Numbered from the stretch's first letter, positions 8,832 to 18,222 are shown. The stretch is DNA of 24,208 bases from an uncultured Granulosicoccaceae bacterium (GCA_937921805.1 CAKZUS010000266.1:1-24208); one strand, 5' to 3'. Numbers and translations: made by a program. Notes: generated by a model not told the origin, from the letters alone.

Positions 8832-10121
8832 TCAGAGGGGTTGCCACAGCACCTGCGAGCGGCGGCTGAGGTCCATCGCTGTGCGTTTGGCGCTGGGGAG
8901 CTGCTCGGCATCGACGACATGAAATCCCTGCTCCAAAAACCAATGCACGGACTGGGTGGTGAGGGCAAACAGGGCGGCTTTGCCTTGGCTTTTCGCCCGT
9001 TGCATCAGGTGGGCGAGCAGTCGTGCGCCGTGGCGATCGTTGCGATAACGCGGATCGGTGGCCAGGCTTGCGAACTCAGCGCAGTCGCCGTAGTCAAACA
9101 AAGCTGCGCAGGCAACGATGCGTCCATCGCGTTCTACTACAGCAAAGTGATCAATATGCGTTGAGACGCTCAGGGCGTCGCGCGTGACCAGGACGCCGCT
9201 GTGCTGTAGGGGTTCGATGAGGGCCACAATGCCGGGAATATCACGCTCGCGTGCGGCGCGAGGCGCGTCGTAGCCATCACCACTTATCAAGGTGCCACAG
9301 CCATCGAAGCTGAACAACTCTGCCAAAATTCCCCCGTCTATTGCTGCCGGAATGAGCTGCACGCGGCGCACTCCATGGCGCACTGCGTAGTTGCCCATGC
9401 GCATGGCGAGTGCGCTGGGGGCGTCGGGGTGCAGAGACAGCCAGTGCTCGGCTTGGGCGGGCGTGCACTGGCGCAGCAGGGTGCCGTCTTGCTGCGGGCC
9501 GTCGTGATCGAGCAGGTAGATCAGCTTGTCGGCATTGAGCGCGGTGGCCGTCTCAGCGGCCACGTCTTCGCTGCGCAAATTGTAATTCTCCCCCGTGCGC
9601 GCGGGCGCCAGCGCGCTGAGGGTGACCATATGACCACTGGCGAGAATGCTATTGATTGCCGTGGCATCAATGCGTCGCACGACACCGGTCCGCTCGAAAT
9701 CGACACCATCATGAATCCCCAAAGGGCGAGCGCTGACAAAGTTGCCGTGGACTACCGTGATGCGCATACCCGCCGTCGGAGAGTTGGGCAGGCCGACGCT
9801 CAGCGCGGCAGCCAGCGTCGCTTGAGCTTGTCCATTGAGCGCGGCGATCAGGTCGATCGCCTCGGTAGAGGTAATGCGTTGACCTTGATGAAAGCGTGGT
9901 GCGGACAGGCCTGCGCCGTGCCAGTGTTGGTCTATGGTTTGGCGTAGGCCAAGGACGACGACCAAGCGGATGCCGAGCTGATGCAGCAGCGCCAGGTCGC
10001 GCACGTGTCGGGACAGTGCTGCCTGCGCGCAGTGCAACACGACGGTGTGGCCGCGAAAAGCGTTGATATAGGGCGAGGCCTGGCGCAGTGCCTCCACTTG
10101 TGTCGTCGCGCGTACGCTCAT
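8832..10121 (-). CDS. argA: Amino-acid N-acetyltransferase (N-acetylglutamate synthase), AAK + GNAT domains
   Basis: LRQASPYINAFRGHTVV, DFERTGVVRRID, ELFSFDGCGTLI, CAALF, LTTQSVHWFLEQGF; start at ATG 10121 preferred over 10193. Confidence 0.93.
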   Translation of the reverse strand: MSVRATTQVEALRQASPYINAFRGHTVVLHCAQAALSRHVRDLALLHQLGIRLVVVLGLRQTIDQHWHGAGLSAPRFHQGQRITSTEAIDLIAALNGQAQATLAAALSVGLPNSPTAGMRITVVHGNFVSARPLGIHDGVDFERTGVVRRIDATAINSILASGHMVTLSALAPARTGENYNLRSEDVAAETATALNADKLIYLLDHDGPQQDGTLLRQCTPAQAEHWLSLHPDAPSALAMRMGNYAVRHGVRRVQLIPAAIDGGILAELFSFDGCGTLISGDGYDAPRAARERDIPGIVALIEPLQHSGVLVTRDALSVSTHIDHFAVVERDGRIVACAALFDYGDCAEFASLATDPRYRNDRHGARLLAHLMQRAKSQGKAALFALTTQSVHWFLEQGFHVVDAEQLPSAKRTAMDLSRRSQVLWQPL

Positions 10122-10143
10122 ATTGGGCCAGTATGCAAAGCAA

Positions 10144-10159
10144 TGAATTGTACAATGCA
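10144..10159. promoter_or_regulatory. Imperfect palindrome TGAATTGTACAATGCA giving TACAAT (-10-like) on both strands
   Basis: 14/16 self-complementary with a perfect core ATTGTACAAT, in the 84-bp gap between divergent argA and protease starts. Confidence 0.45.
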
Positions 10160-10205
10160 AAAACAATGCAGCGCTCAACGCGCTGCACGCCATGAGGGGA
10201 ACTGG

Positions 10206-12986
10206 ATGCGCAGAGCTATCGTGTTGTGTGGGCTATTGATGTGGACGGCCGCCCAGGCCCAGACTCGGGAACCGTCGTGGGACGATACGGTGGCGCAAGT
10301 CGTCGACGCCGTGGTGTCCTTGGATCTGGCCTACGACCGAGCGTTTGCCAACGAATCGCAGGGGACGAGCACGGCAACGGGCTTTGTGGTGGATGCAGAG
10401 CGAGGCCTGATTCTGACCAACCGCCATGTTGTGGGCTTGGGGCCGCTGTCGGCGCATGCGAGCTTTCAAAACCGCGAGCGTGTGGCGGTGGTGCCGGTGT
10501 ATCGCGACCCGGTGCATGACTTTGGCTTGATGCGCTATGACCCCGAGGCATTGCAGCACACCCCCCCGGCGCTGGAGCTGCGCAGTGACAAGCTGCGACG
10601 AGGTCTGGAGATTCGCGTGCTGGGGTCTGACGGCGGCGAGCAGTTGTCGATCCTCACGGGCACCGTTGCCCGCGTTGATCGTGGCGCGCCGCGCTATGGG
10701 CGCTATCACTACAACGATTTCAATACTTTCTATGCCCAGGCTGCGTCGAGCACCTCAGGCGGCTCGTCTGGGTCGCCAGTGATCGATATCGATGGCGATG
10801 TGGTGGCGCTCAATGCGGGCGCCAGCACGCGCACGGCGGCGAGCTTTTTCCTGCCCCTGCCGTTGGTAGAGGATGCCTTGGCGTCGCTGCAGGCCGATGA
10901 GACCCCGGCGCGTGGCGGCCTGGCGGCGGTGATGCGGCATGATAACTTTGTGAATCTAGCACGCCTTGGCTTGCAGGAGAGCCTTCGCGATGAGGCGCTG
11001 AGCGCGAATGCCGAAGCAACCGGGCTGCTGATCGTGGCGCAGGTGCTGCGCGGTACTCCCCTAGAGACGATGCTCAACGAAGGCGATATTGTGCTCAGTA
11101 TCGACGGGCGCAGCGTGGTGGACTTTGTGCAGCTCGAACGCCTGTTGGCGCCGCGCGCGGGCGAAGAGGTGGCGGTGCGTATCTGGCGCGATGGGCAGAC
11201 GCTGAGCATTGCCGCGCCAGTGATCGACCTGCACGATATGGTGCCGGATGTGTTTGTCGAGTTTGGCGACAGCGTGTTGCACGACATGAGTCTGCAGCAG
11301 ATTCGCGCGATGCATATTCCCCAGCGGGGCGTGATGGTTGCCGATCCGGGGTATTTGCTCACGCGGGCCAAAATCGGCACAGGTACGGTGATTACCTCGA
11401 TCAATGGCACGCCGGTACAGAGCATTGATGATTTTGTGCAAGTGCTGGTCAATAGCCGCGCTGGCGAGGACTGGCGGGTGCGATATATTGCGCCGGGGGC
11501 GGAGCACGCTGAGCAGCTGGCCCAGATTGAGGTCTTGCCGCAGTGGTTCGCGATGCGCCGCTGCGAGCGCTTGGAGTTGTGGCAGTGCAGCGTGCTGCCC
11601 GATTTGGTCGAGGCGCCGGTTCCCAGAGCCGAGGCGCCCGCGCTGGATGACGCGCTCGTGGGCAGCTATGGCGATCCCTTGCTCGATGCCGTGCTGCCGC
11701 GCGTTGTGCGGGTAGAGTTCGATGTGCCGCACGAGATTGATAACGTCTACGCCAATCACTTTACAGGGGCGGGATTGCTCTTGGACGATGGCTTGATTGC
11801 CGTAGATCGCAATACGGTACCGGTGTCATTGGGGGATGCACGCGTGACCTTGTTTGATACCTTGCAGTTGCCCGCCAGCGTGGTGTTTCTGCATCCGCTG
11901 TATAACTTGGCTCTGCTGCAGGTCGACGATGCGCTTTTTGACAACGTGACCCTGCCGCCTTTGCTCATGTCCGAGAGCGAGCCTGTGCTCATGGTGGGCT
12001 ATGACCTCGACGGCAAGGTCATGCAGCAGCGGGTGACCCAATACAGCCAGACGGCGCTAGAGTTTAGCTTGCCTGGCGTGTCGCGCTTTCAGCCCTATCC
12101 TATCGATGCCTATGATGTCGCCAACATCAACAATGCCGTTGGCGGCGTGTTGCTAGGACGCGGCGGGGTGGTCAGTGCCCTCTGGACGAGCTATGCCTTC
12201 GAGAGTGACCAAGACCTGCAAGAAGGCACCTGGGGCCTACCGATTAGCGCAGTGCAAGAGACAGTCGCTGCGTATCAGCGCGGCGGACCGGTCAAGGTGC
12301 CGGGCTTTATCCCCGGCTATATGCCCCTCGCCGATGCCGTGCGCCGGGGGCTGCCACGCGAGTGGACCACTGCGATTGTTGAGGCCTCGGGCGCGCAGCG
12401 GCAAGTGCTGTTTGTGCGCGAAGTGAATCGCGGTGCCCCTGCTGCCCAAGCCCTACAGGTCGGTGATCTGGTGCTGGCGATAGACGGCGAGCCGGTGGTG
12501 CGGGCGCAGCAGATCGTGCGCGAATTCAGTGCTGAGCCACTGCTGATGCTCACGATTTTGCGCGATGGCGAACTTATAGAGTTGCCCGTGCTGCCGTGGG
12601 AGCTACCGCGCCGGGGCACGCCGCGCGTAGTGTTCTGGGCGGGGGCATATTTGCAAGCGCCGCTGTGGGAGCTGGGCTATCAATCGAGCGTGACGGGTAA
12701 CGGGGTCTATGTGGGGTTTGTGTTGCCAGGTAGTCCTGCTGCGCGCGATGGTCTGTATCGCAACCGCTTTATTACCCAAGTCGATGGCCAGCCCGTGGCA
12801 GATTTGGACGCATTTCTGGAGATCGTCGGGGGCGCCGGGTCGGGCAAAAATCTGCGCCTGATGACGCTCTACCCGACAGGGCATGCGGGGACCATGGCGC
12901 TGCGTCCGGACTATCACTTCTGGCCCACCGTCGAGCTGCGCCATGACGGCGATCAATGGCGCCGCCAGAGCCTGCGCGAGCGTTAG
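10206..12986 (+). CDS. Exported trypsin-like serine protease with (protease-PDZ-PDZ)x2 architecture, Nma111/DEG7-like
   Basis: ATG 10206 after GAGGGG; signal-peptide-like MRRAIVLCGLLMWTAAQA; intact triad ILTNRHVV / RDPVHDFG / GGSSGSPV; second protease-like domain lacking the triad; four PDZ-like segments. Confidence 0.9.
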   Translation: MRRAIVLCGLLMWTAAQAQTREPSWDDTVAQVVDAVVSLDLAYDRAFANESQGTSTATGFVVDAERGLILTNRHVVGLGPLSAHASFQNRERVAVVPVYRDPVHDFGLMRYDPEALQHTPPALELRSDKLRRGLEIRVLGSDGGEQLSILTGTVARVDRGAPRYGRYHYNDFNTFYAQAASSTSGGSSGSPVIDIDGDVVALNAGASTRTAASFFLPLPLVEDALASLQADETPARGGLAAVMRHDNFVNLARLGLQESLRDEALSANAEATGLLIVAQVLRGTPLETMLNEGDIVLSIDGRSVVDFVQLERLLAPRAGEEVAVRIWRDGQTLSIAAPVIDLHDMVPDVFVEFGDSVLHDMSLQQIRAMHIPQRGVMVADPGYLLTRAKIGTGTVITSINGTPVQSIDDFVQVLVNSRAGEDWRVRYIAPGAEHAEQLAQIEVLPQWFAMRRCERLELWQCSVLPDLVEAPVPRAEAPALDDALVGSYGDPLLDAVLPRVVRVEFDVPHEIDNVYANHFTGAGLLLDDGLIAVDRNTVPVSLGDARVTLFDTLQLPASVVFLHPLYNLALLQVDDALFDNVTLPPLLMSESEPVLMVGYDLDGKVMQQRVTQYSQTALEFSLPGVSRFQPYPIDAYDVANINNAVGGVLLGRGGVVSALWTSYAFESDQDLQEGTWGLPISAVQETVAAYQRGGPVKVPGFIPGYMPLADAVRRGLPREWTTAIVEASGAQRQVLFVREVNRGAPAAQALQVGDLVLAIDGEPVVRAQQIVREFSAEPLLMLTILRDGELIELPVLPWELPRRGTPRVVFWAGAYLQAPLWELGYQSSVTGNGVYVGFVLPGSPAARDGLYRNRFITQVDGQPVADLDAFLEIVGGAGSGKNLRLMTLYPTGHAGTMALRPDYHFWPTVELRHDGDQWRRQSLRER

Positions 12987-12990
12987 TACT

Positions 12991-14151
12991 ATGCGACAAG
13001 AGCACCAAGTGGCGATTATTGGCGGCGGCATGGTCGGGGAGACACTCGCGGCACTGCTGGCGTCGCGCGGGATAGACACTGCGCTTATCGAGGCGCAAGC
13101 AACAGCTGCGTTTGCGCCCGATAGCGAGCCAGATTTACGCGTCTCGGCGCTCAACCCCTTGAGCACGGCGCTGTTGCACAGTCTCGGCGCCTGGGAGCGG
13201 GTGCAGGCGATGCGGGCGGAGCCGTTTCGTCGCATGCAAGTGTTCGAAGGCGACCAGCGTCCTGGTTTGTGTTTTGATGCAGCCGAGGTCGATGGCGAGG
13301 CCCTGGGGCATATCGTCGAGAACCGCATCGTGCAATCGGCGCTGCAGTCGCTGCAACAGCCGTATTTGCACCGCTATTGTCCCGCGCGCCTGCGGGCGAT
13401 GGTCACGCTGCCCGATCGCTGCGAGCTGCATCTCGACACGGGGCAGCGGCTGCGGGTGCAATTGGTGATCGGGGCCGACGGTGCCCACTCTCAGGTGCGC
13501 CAATGGGCACACATTGATACGGAGTTTGTGCACTATGCGCAGCAGGCGCTCGTGCTCAACGCTGTTGTGGATCACGATGATGCGACGTGGCAGCGCTTTG
13601 TGCCCAGCGGCGCGCAGGCCTTGCTGCCGTTGCCAGGGCGGCGTGCGTCTTTGGTGTGGTATCACGATGCCTCGCATTGCGCGCACATCCAGTCGCTGGA
13701 TCGACAGGCTCAGTGCGAGCACTTAATGCAAGCCTTTCCCGAGGAGTTGGGCAAGGTCGAGGCGGTGCTGGCCAGCGGCCATTTTCCATTGAGCATGCAC
13801 CATGCACGGCGCTATTGGGCGCCGCGTGTCGCCCTGGTGGGGGATGCGGCGCACAGCGTGCACCCGCTGGCAGGGCAAGGGGTCAACCTAGGGCTGCTCG
13901 ACGCGCAAGCGCTGGCCGATGTGCTCTCTGCCCAAGGTGACTGCGGCGACAGCGCGTCGCTGCGCCGCTACGAGCAGGCCCGCCGCGCTGATAATGCAAT
14001 GATGCTACGGGCCTTGCACAGTGTGTATCAGACCTTCTCTGTCGATCAGCCGCTGTGGTCTGGCGCGCGCGCAGCGCTGTTGGCGATGAGCCATCGCGCG
14101 GGGCCAGCCAAGCGCTGGGTGATGCGCCATGCGGCGGGGGAGCGGGTGTGA
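12991..14151 (+). CDS. UbiH/UbiF/UbiI-family FAD-dependent hydroxylase (ubiquinone biosynthesis)
   Basis: IIGGGMVG Rossmann motif, RVSAL, IGADGAHSQVR, LVGDAAHSVHPLAGQGVNLG; the specific paralog cannot be resolved by eye. Confidence 0.9.
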   Translation: MRQEHQVAIIGGGMVGETLAALLASRGIDTALIEAQATAAFAPDSEPDLRVSALNPLSTALLHSLGAWERVQAMRAEPFRRMQVFEGDQRPGLCFDAAEVDGEALGHIVENRIVQSALQSLQQPYLHRYCPARLRAMVTLPDRCELHLDTGQRLRVQLVIGADGAHSQVRQWAHIDTEFVHYAQQALVLNAVVDHDDATWQRFVPSGAQALLPLPGRRASLVWYHDASHCAHIQSLDRQAQCEHLMQAFPEELGKVEAVLASGHFPLSMHHARRYWAPRVALVGDAAHSVHPLAGQGVNLGLLDAQALADVLSAQGDCGDSASLRRYEQARRADNAMMLRALHSVYQTFSVDQPLWSGARAALLAMSHRAGPAKRWVMRHAAGERV

Positions 14152-14636
14152 AGCCCCGCGCGCAGCCCCGTGCGCAGCATCGTATACAGCACGATAAATT
14201 CGAGCGCCTAGGACGGGTATTGCTACGGCGCCTTGGCTACCCCGCGTCAGTATTGCAGCCCGCCGATACGGCGTATCGCCCGGCGCTGCTGACGCGAGAT
14301 ATCGAGCACGACGAGACGCTGGCGATGTTGCTCGTGCGCTCGGGGGCGGCGACGACGTATAGTGGGCAAGACGCGTATCCGGTGTGGTGTTTGTGTATCC
14401 AGCCGAGCGCCTATCCTGGGGAACCGTGGGTCTTGCTGCGCGCGACGAATAACTGTTGGCAGCGATGCGATGAGTCTGCGCTCACCCCCTACCACTTGCT
14501 GCGCAGCGCACATCGCCAAGAGATGATCGCTGATCGTGATGTTATCTCGGAGCGCCCCGGTGTGCCGCATCGCTGGTGGTTGGGAGCGGGGGCCGCGCTG
14601 CTGGGCGCCACAGCGTGGTTGTTGAGCGAGATTTAG
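14148..14636 (+). CDS. Hypothetical protein with C-terminal hydrophobic anchor
   Basis: GTG start overlaps the upstream stop (GTGA); 162 aa ending WWLGAGAALLGATAWLLSEI. Confidence 0.55.
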   Translation: MKPRAQPRAQHRIQHDKFERLGRVLLRRLGYPASVLQPADTAYRPALLTRDIEHDETLAMLLVRSGAATTYSGQDAYPVWCLCIQPSAYPGEPWVLLRATNNCWQRCDESALTPYHLLRSAHRQEMIADRDVISERPGVPHRWWLGAGAALLGATAWLLSEI

Positions 14637-14819
14637 TCCAGCTCTTGGCGGGGCTGCTGGGTGCATAGCGGCAAAAATACCGAAAAATGCCAACGCGGTG
14701 GCGTATTGCCACATTGCCTAGGATCACGCCTATAACGACATGGCGGGTATCGGACGCAGTAGCTTGTTGGGAGGCGCAATGCCTGCCTACACTGGCGCAT
14801 AGCGAGATATCCAATAACG

Positions 14820-16136
14820 ATGATGAAAATTATAGCGATGGGCGCCCTCCTGGGGCTAGTAGTGGGCTGCGGTGGTGAGGGGCTCTCGCCAGAAGCTCCG
14901 ATTGTTTTAGCGCATATCGGAGTGAGCGCAGCGGTCGATGCCGATGCGCGCAGTTCGTATTCGTATTCCACGCCGGCTCTCTTTCTGGCCTCATCGCAAT
15001 TCCCTATGCCTCACCGCGCTATTGCGGGGGATCTGCGCCAGGCGGTGGCGTATCTCGATGTCGATGGAGACGGGGATACTGATGTGTTTGTAGGCACGGG
15101 TCGCAGTGACCTAGCAGCGGGTTCTGCCGCCGGCGCCACCGCGGGTGCGCCCGCTGGCGCCACTGGGAGTGCCTCTGTGCAAAGCGTGCTGATCATCAAT
15201 GAGATCGACAGCGAGGGCGACAGCGAGGGCGACAGTGGGGGCGGCGAGGGGCTGAGGCGTTCGGTTGCCGAGTTCGATGGGGATATGCCCCCGATGATGC
15301 GTGCGCGCAAATCGCTGGTCAGTGATTTCAACAACGACAGCCTGCTCGATATTTTAGTGCTGGATAGGGGCTACGAGGACGCTTCTCCTGTTCTGCCAGG
15401 AAAGATCCAGTTCATCACGCAAGAGAGCACCGGTGTGTTGCGCTGGAGGACACTGGATGTGCCGTCAGGGTTTTATCATAGCGGCGCTGCTGGAGATGTC
15501 GATAATGACGGCGATGTTGATGTTTTTGTGGGAGGGTATGCCCCATTTTTTCTTGTCAACAATGGGTTGGGAGCCTTCACGGCGGTCTATGATCGCTTTG
15601 ATCGCAGCCTGGGCCAAGTCTTAGCGGCGGAGCTGATCGACGTAGACCAAGATGGCTTTCTCGATCTGCTACTGGGCGGCTACGAGCGCGAGGGCGATCG
15701 CAGCGCTATCTATTGGGGCAGTAGCACGGGGAGCTATTCGGTGGCGCGGCGCACGGTGCTGCCGCCCGTGGCGCTGATGGGGGCTATTTTAGACTTTGAT
15801 GCCGAGGACCTCGACGGTGATGGGGATCGCGATCTGCTCGTCAACCGCTCTCGCGATGGCAACGACGGCCTAGATCAAGGCCTGCTGCAGGGGCATCGTT
15901 TGCAGGTGCTGCGCAACAACGGCGGGCGGGTGATGCTGGATATTACCCGCGATGCCTTGGGGGTAGGAGAAGCTACTAGACAAACCACCGGCGCAGCGGC
16001 GCCATGGATGCGACTGCAAGATGTTGATCATGACGGCGATATCGATTTGATCCCCGATGACCAAGATTTCGGCTTTCAGTACCGAAATACCTCACAGGGC
16101 GAGTTTGTTTTGTTCGCTGAGCCTGTTCGCGATTGA
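14820..16136 (+). CDS. FG-GAP/VCBS repeat lipoprotein (putative Ca2+-binding beta-propeller)
   Basis: Lipoprotein-type signal ending LVVG-C; six DxDxDGxxD-like motifs ([54 protein letters not shown]). Confidence 0.85.
   Translation: MMKIIAMGALLGLVVGCGGEGLSPEAPIVLAHIGVSAAVDADARSSYSYSTPALFLASSQFPMPHRAIAGDLRQAVAYLDVDGDGDTDVFVGTGRSDLAAGSAAGATAGAPAGATGSASVQSVLIINEIDSEGDSEGDSGGGEGLRRSVAEFDGDMPPMMRARKSLVSDFNNDSLLDILVLDRGYEDASPVLPGKIQFITQESTGVLRWRTLDVPSGFYHSGAAGDVDNDGDVDVFVGGYAPFFLVNNGLGAFTAVYDRFDRSLGQVLAAELIDVDQDGFLDLLLGGYEREGDRSAIYWGSSTGSYSVARRTVLPPVALMGAILDFDAEDLDGDGDRDLLVNRSRDGNDGLDQGLLQGHRLQVLRNNGGRVMLDITRDALGVGEATRQTTGAAAPWMRLQDVDHDGDIDLIPDDQDFGFQYRNTSQGEFVLFAEPVRD
15207..15242 (+). repeat. 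In-frame 12-bp tandem repeat (GACAGCGAGGGC x2 plus one degenerate copy) encoding [12 protein letters not shown]
   Basis: Seen directly inside the FG-GAP gene. Confidence 0.75.
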
Positions 16137-17509
16137 GCCACTTGGAGTACACTTCGTGGCCTGAACAACCCGGTAGAGAGCGCGTGACAGGACGAGTCGG
16201 ATTTATTAGCTTAGGCTGCCCCAAAAACCTTGTGGACTCCGAGCGCATCTTGACGCAGCTGCGCACCGATGGCTATGAGGTCGTGCCCAGCTACGACGAA
16301 GCCGACTTGGTGATCGTCAATACCTGCGTCTTTATCGACTCGGCAGTCGAAGAGTCGCTAGAGACCATTGGCGAGGCGCTCAAGGAAAACGGCAAAGTAC
16401 TGGTCACTGGCTGTTTGGGCGCCCAAGACGGCGTCATCCGCACCGCGCATCCCGATGTGCTGGCGATTACCGGTCCCCACCAATACGAAGCGGTATTGGG
16501 GCAGGTGCGCGAACATCTACCGCCGCCGCCCGCGCACGACCCGTTTGTTGATCTCGTTCCGGCGCAAGGCGTCAAACTCACGCCGCGACACTATGCCTAT
16601 CTGAAAATCTCCGAAGGCTGCAATCATCGCTGTAGCTTTTGCATTATTCCCAGCATGCGCGGCGACTTGGTTTCGCGTAGCGCTGGGGACGTCCTCGGCG
16701 AGGCGGAGCGCCTAGTCGAGGCAGGAGTGCAAGAGCTGCTCGTAGTGTCGCAAGACACCAGTGCCTACGGCGTCGATATTCGATACAAGACAGGGTTTTG
16801 GGGAGGCAAGCCGGTCAAGAGTCGTCTGATGGAGTTGTGCGAGGCGATGGGCTCGCTCGGCGCCTGGGTTCGCCTGCACTACGTTTATCCCTATCCGAGC
16901 GTGGATAAGCTGATTCCGCTGATGCAAGACGGCTTGATTTTGCCGTATCTGGATATTCCTCTTCAGCATGCCAGCCCTCGCATTCTCAAGGCTATGCGCC
17001 GCCCCGCCGCAGCGGAGAAAAGCCTGGAGCGGATTCAAAAATGGCGCGCGGCGTGCCCAGACCTCACGCTGCGCAGCACCTTTATTGTGGGCTTCCCTGG
17101 CGAGACCGAGCAAGAGTTTGAGCAGCTGTTGCAGTTTCTGCGCGACGCAGAGCTAGACCGAGTGGGGTGCTTTCCTTATTCGCCCGTGGAGGGGGCTACG
17201 GCCAACGCCCTGCCGGGTGCGATTCCCGAAGCTCTGCGCCACGAGCGTTACGAAGCCTTTATGCACGTGCAGCAAGGCATTTCTGCGCAACGCCTGGCGC
17301 GTAAAGTGGGGCAGGAGATTGAAGTCTTGATCGACGATTTTGATGAGCAAGGCGACGCTATAGCCCGCTCTCAGGGCGATGCTCCCGAAATCGACGGGCA
17401 TGTGTTTATCAGCGGTGCAGAGGGGCTGCACATTGGGCAGCGCTTACAAGTCGAGGTAACCGATGCAGACGACTACGACCTCTATGGAGTCCCGGTGCTG
17501 GACTGGTAG
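16133..17509 (+). CDS. rimO: Ribosomal protein S12 methylthiotransferase RimO
   Basis: [13 protein letters not shown]-terminal motif, radical-SAM CxxxCxxC ([10 protein letters not shown]), C-terminal TRAM region (DAPEIDG). Start may be TTG 16133 or GTG 16184. Confidence 0.97.
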   Translation: MSHLEYTSWPEQPGRERVTGRVGFISLGCPKNLVDSERILTQLRTDGYEVVPSYDEADLVIVNTCVFIDSAVEESLETIGEALKENGKVLVTGCLGAQDGVIRTAHPDVLAITGPHQYEAVLGQVREHLPPPPAHDPFVDLVPAQGVKLTPRHYAYLKISEGCNHRCSFCIIPSMRGDLVSRSAGDVLGEAERLVEAGVQELLVVSQDTSAYGVDIRYKTGFWGGKPVKSRLMELCEAMGSLGAWVRLHYVYPYPSVDKLIPLMQDGLILPYLDIPLQHASPRILKAMRRPAAAEKSLERIQKWRAACPDLTLRSTFIVGFPGETEQEFEQLLQFLRDAELDRVGCFPYSPVEGATANALPGAIPEALRHERYEAFMHVQQGISAQRLARKVGQEIEVLIDDFDEQGDAIARSQGDAPEIDGHVFISGAEGLHIGQRLQVEVTDADDYDLYGVPVLDW

Positions 17510-17681
17510 ACATTGCAATAGTGCATCAATAGTGCATCATTCATTCGCCGTCGAATCAGAATTTATAACGGTTCTGCGCACGAGGCAATAGTCTTTTTGT
17601 TATCCACACCATTGGTTCATTTACGGTTGATGAGCTAGTGGGTATGTTGCGCGCTGAACTATCTATTCAGGAGCGCTACGC

Positions 17682-18140
17682 ATGTTAAAAGAGTTTCGTG
17701 ATTTTGCCGTAAAAGGCAATGTTGTTGATATGGCTGTCGGTATCATCATCGGCGGTGCTTTCGGCACCATCGTCAAGAGCTTGGTGGCTGATGTCATCAT
17801 GCCCCCCATCGGTCTGTTGTTGGGCGGTGTAGATTTCGCCGATTTGTTTATTGTTCTCAAAGAAGGTGCTGAGGTTGCTGCGCCGTACGCCACTTTGGCT
17901 TTGGCGCAAGAAGCCGGCGCTGTGACGATGAACATGGGCGTGTTCTTCAACAACGTGGTCAGCTTTTTGATCGTCGCTTTTGCCGTATTTATGCTGGTCA
18001 AATCCATCAATAGCCTGCGCAAAGAACAAGAAGAAGCCCCCGCCCCTGCACCGACAGAAAAAGATTGTCCGCACTGCTGTAGTAAAGTAGCTATCAAAGC
18101 TAAGCGTTGCCCGCATTGCACCTCAGAGCTAGAAGCCTAG
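17682..18140 (+). CDS. mscL: Large-conductance mechanosensitive channel with C-terminal zinc-ribbon-like tail
   Basis: [44 protein letters not shown]; tail CPHC-x10-CPHC; CAGGAG RBS. Confidence 0.96.
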   Translation: MLKEFRDFAVKGNVVDMAVGIIIGGAFGTIVKSLVADVIMPPIGLLLGGVDFADLFIVLKEGAEVAAPYATLALAQEAGAVTMNMGVFFNNVVSFLIVAFAVFMLVKSINSLRKEQEEAPAPAPTEKDCPHCCSKVAIKAKRCPHCTSELEA

Positions 18141-18154
18141 AAAACGGCTTCAAT

Positions 18155-18222
18155 ACTCACCCTCGTGCATCAGGCTCCCGCACACACCATGTGTCTAGGG
18201 CCTGTGCACCGAGAGGGTGAGT
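18155..18222. other. Long imperfect intergenic hairpin
   Basis: Outer arms ACTCACCCTC/GAGGGTGAGT (10 bp), then GTGCA/TGCAC, CAGGCTC/GGGCCTG and ACAC/GTGT. Confidence 0.7.

Noticed and set aside
9981-10205. N-terminal extension of the protease ORF
   Set aside because: It overlaps argA on the opposite strand; ATG 10206 has an RBS and begins a signal peptide.
14633-14819. Small minus-strand ORFs between the hypothetical and FG-GAP genes
   Set aside because: All overlap flanking genes and show no recognisable protein features.
16318-16338. RimO motif reads NTCVFID rather than the usual NTCGFID
   Set aside because: A single substitution next to an intact Cys ligand; it may be a natural variant or a base-call error, and is no evidence of pseudogenisation.
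17600-17608. Replication origin
   Set aside because: Only one DnaA box, and no dnaA/gidA-type context.
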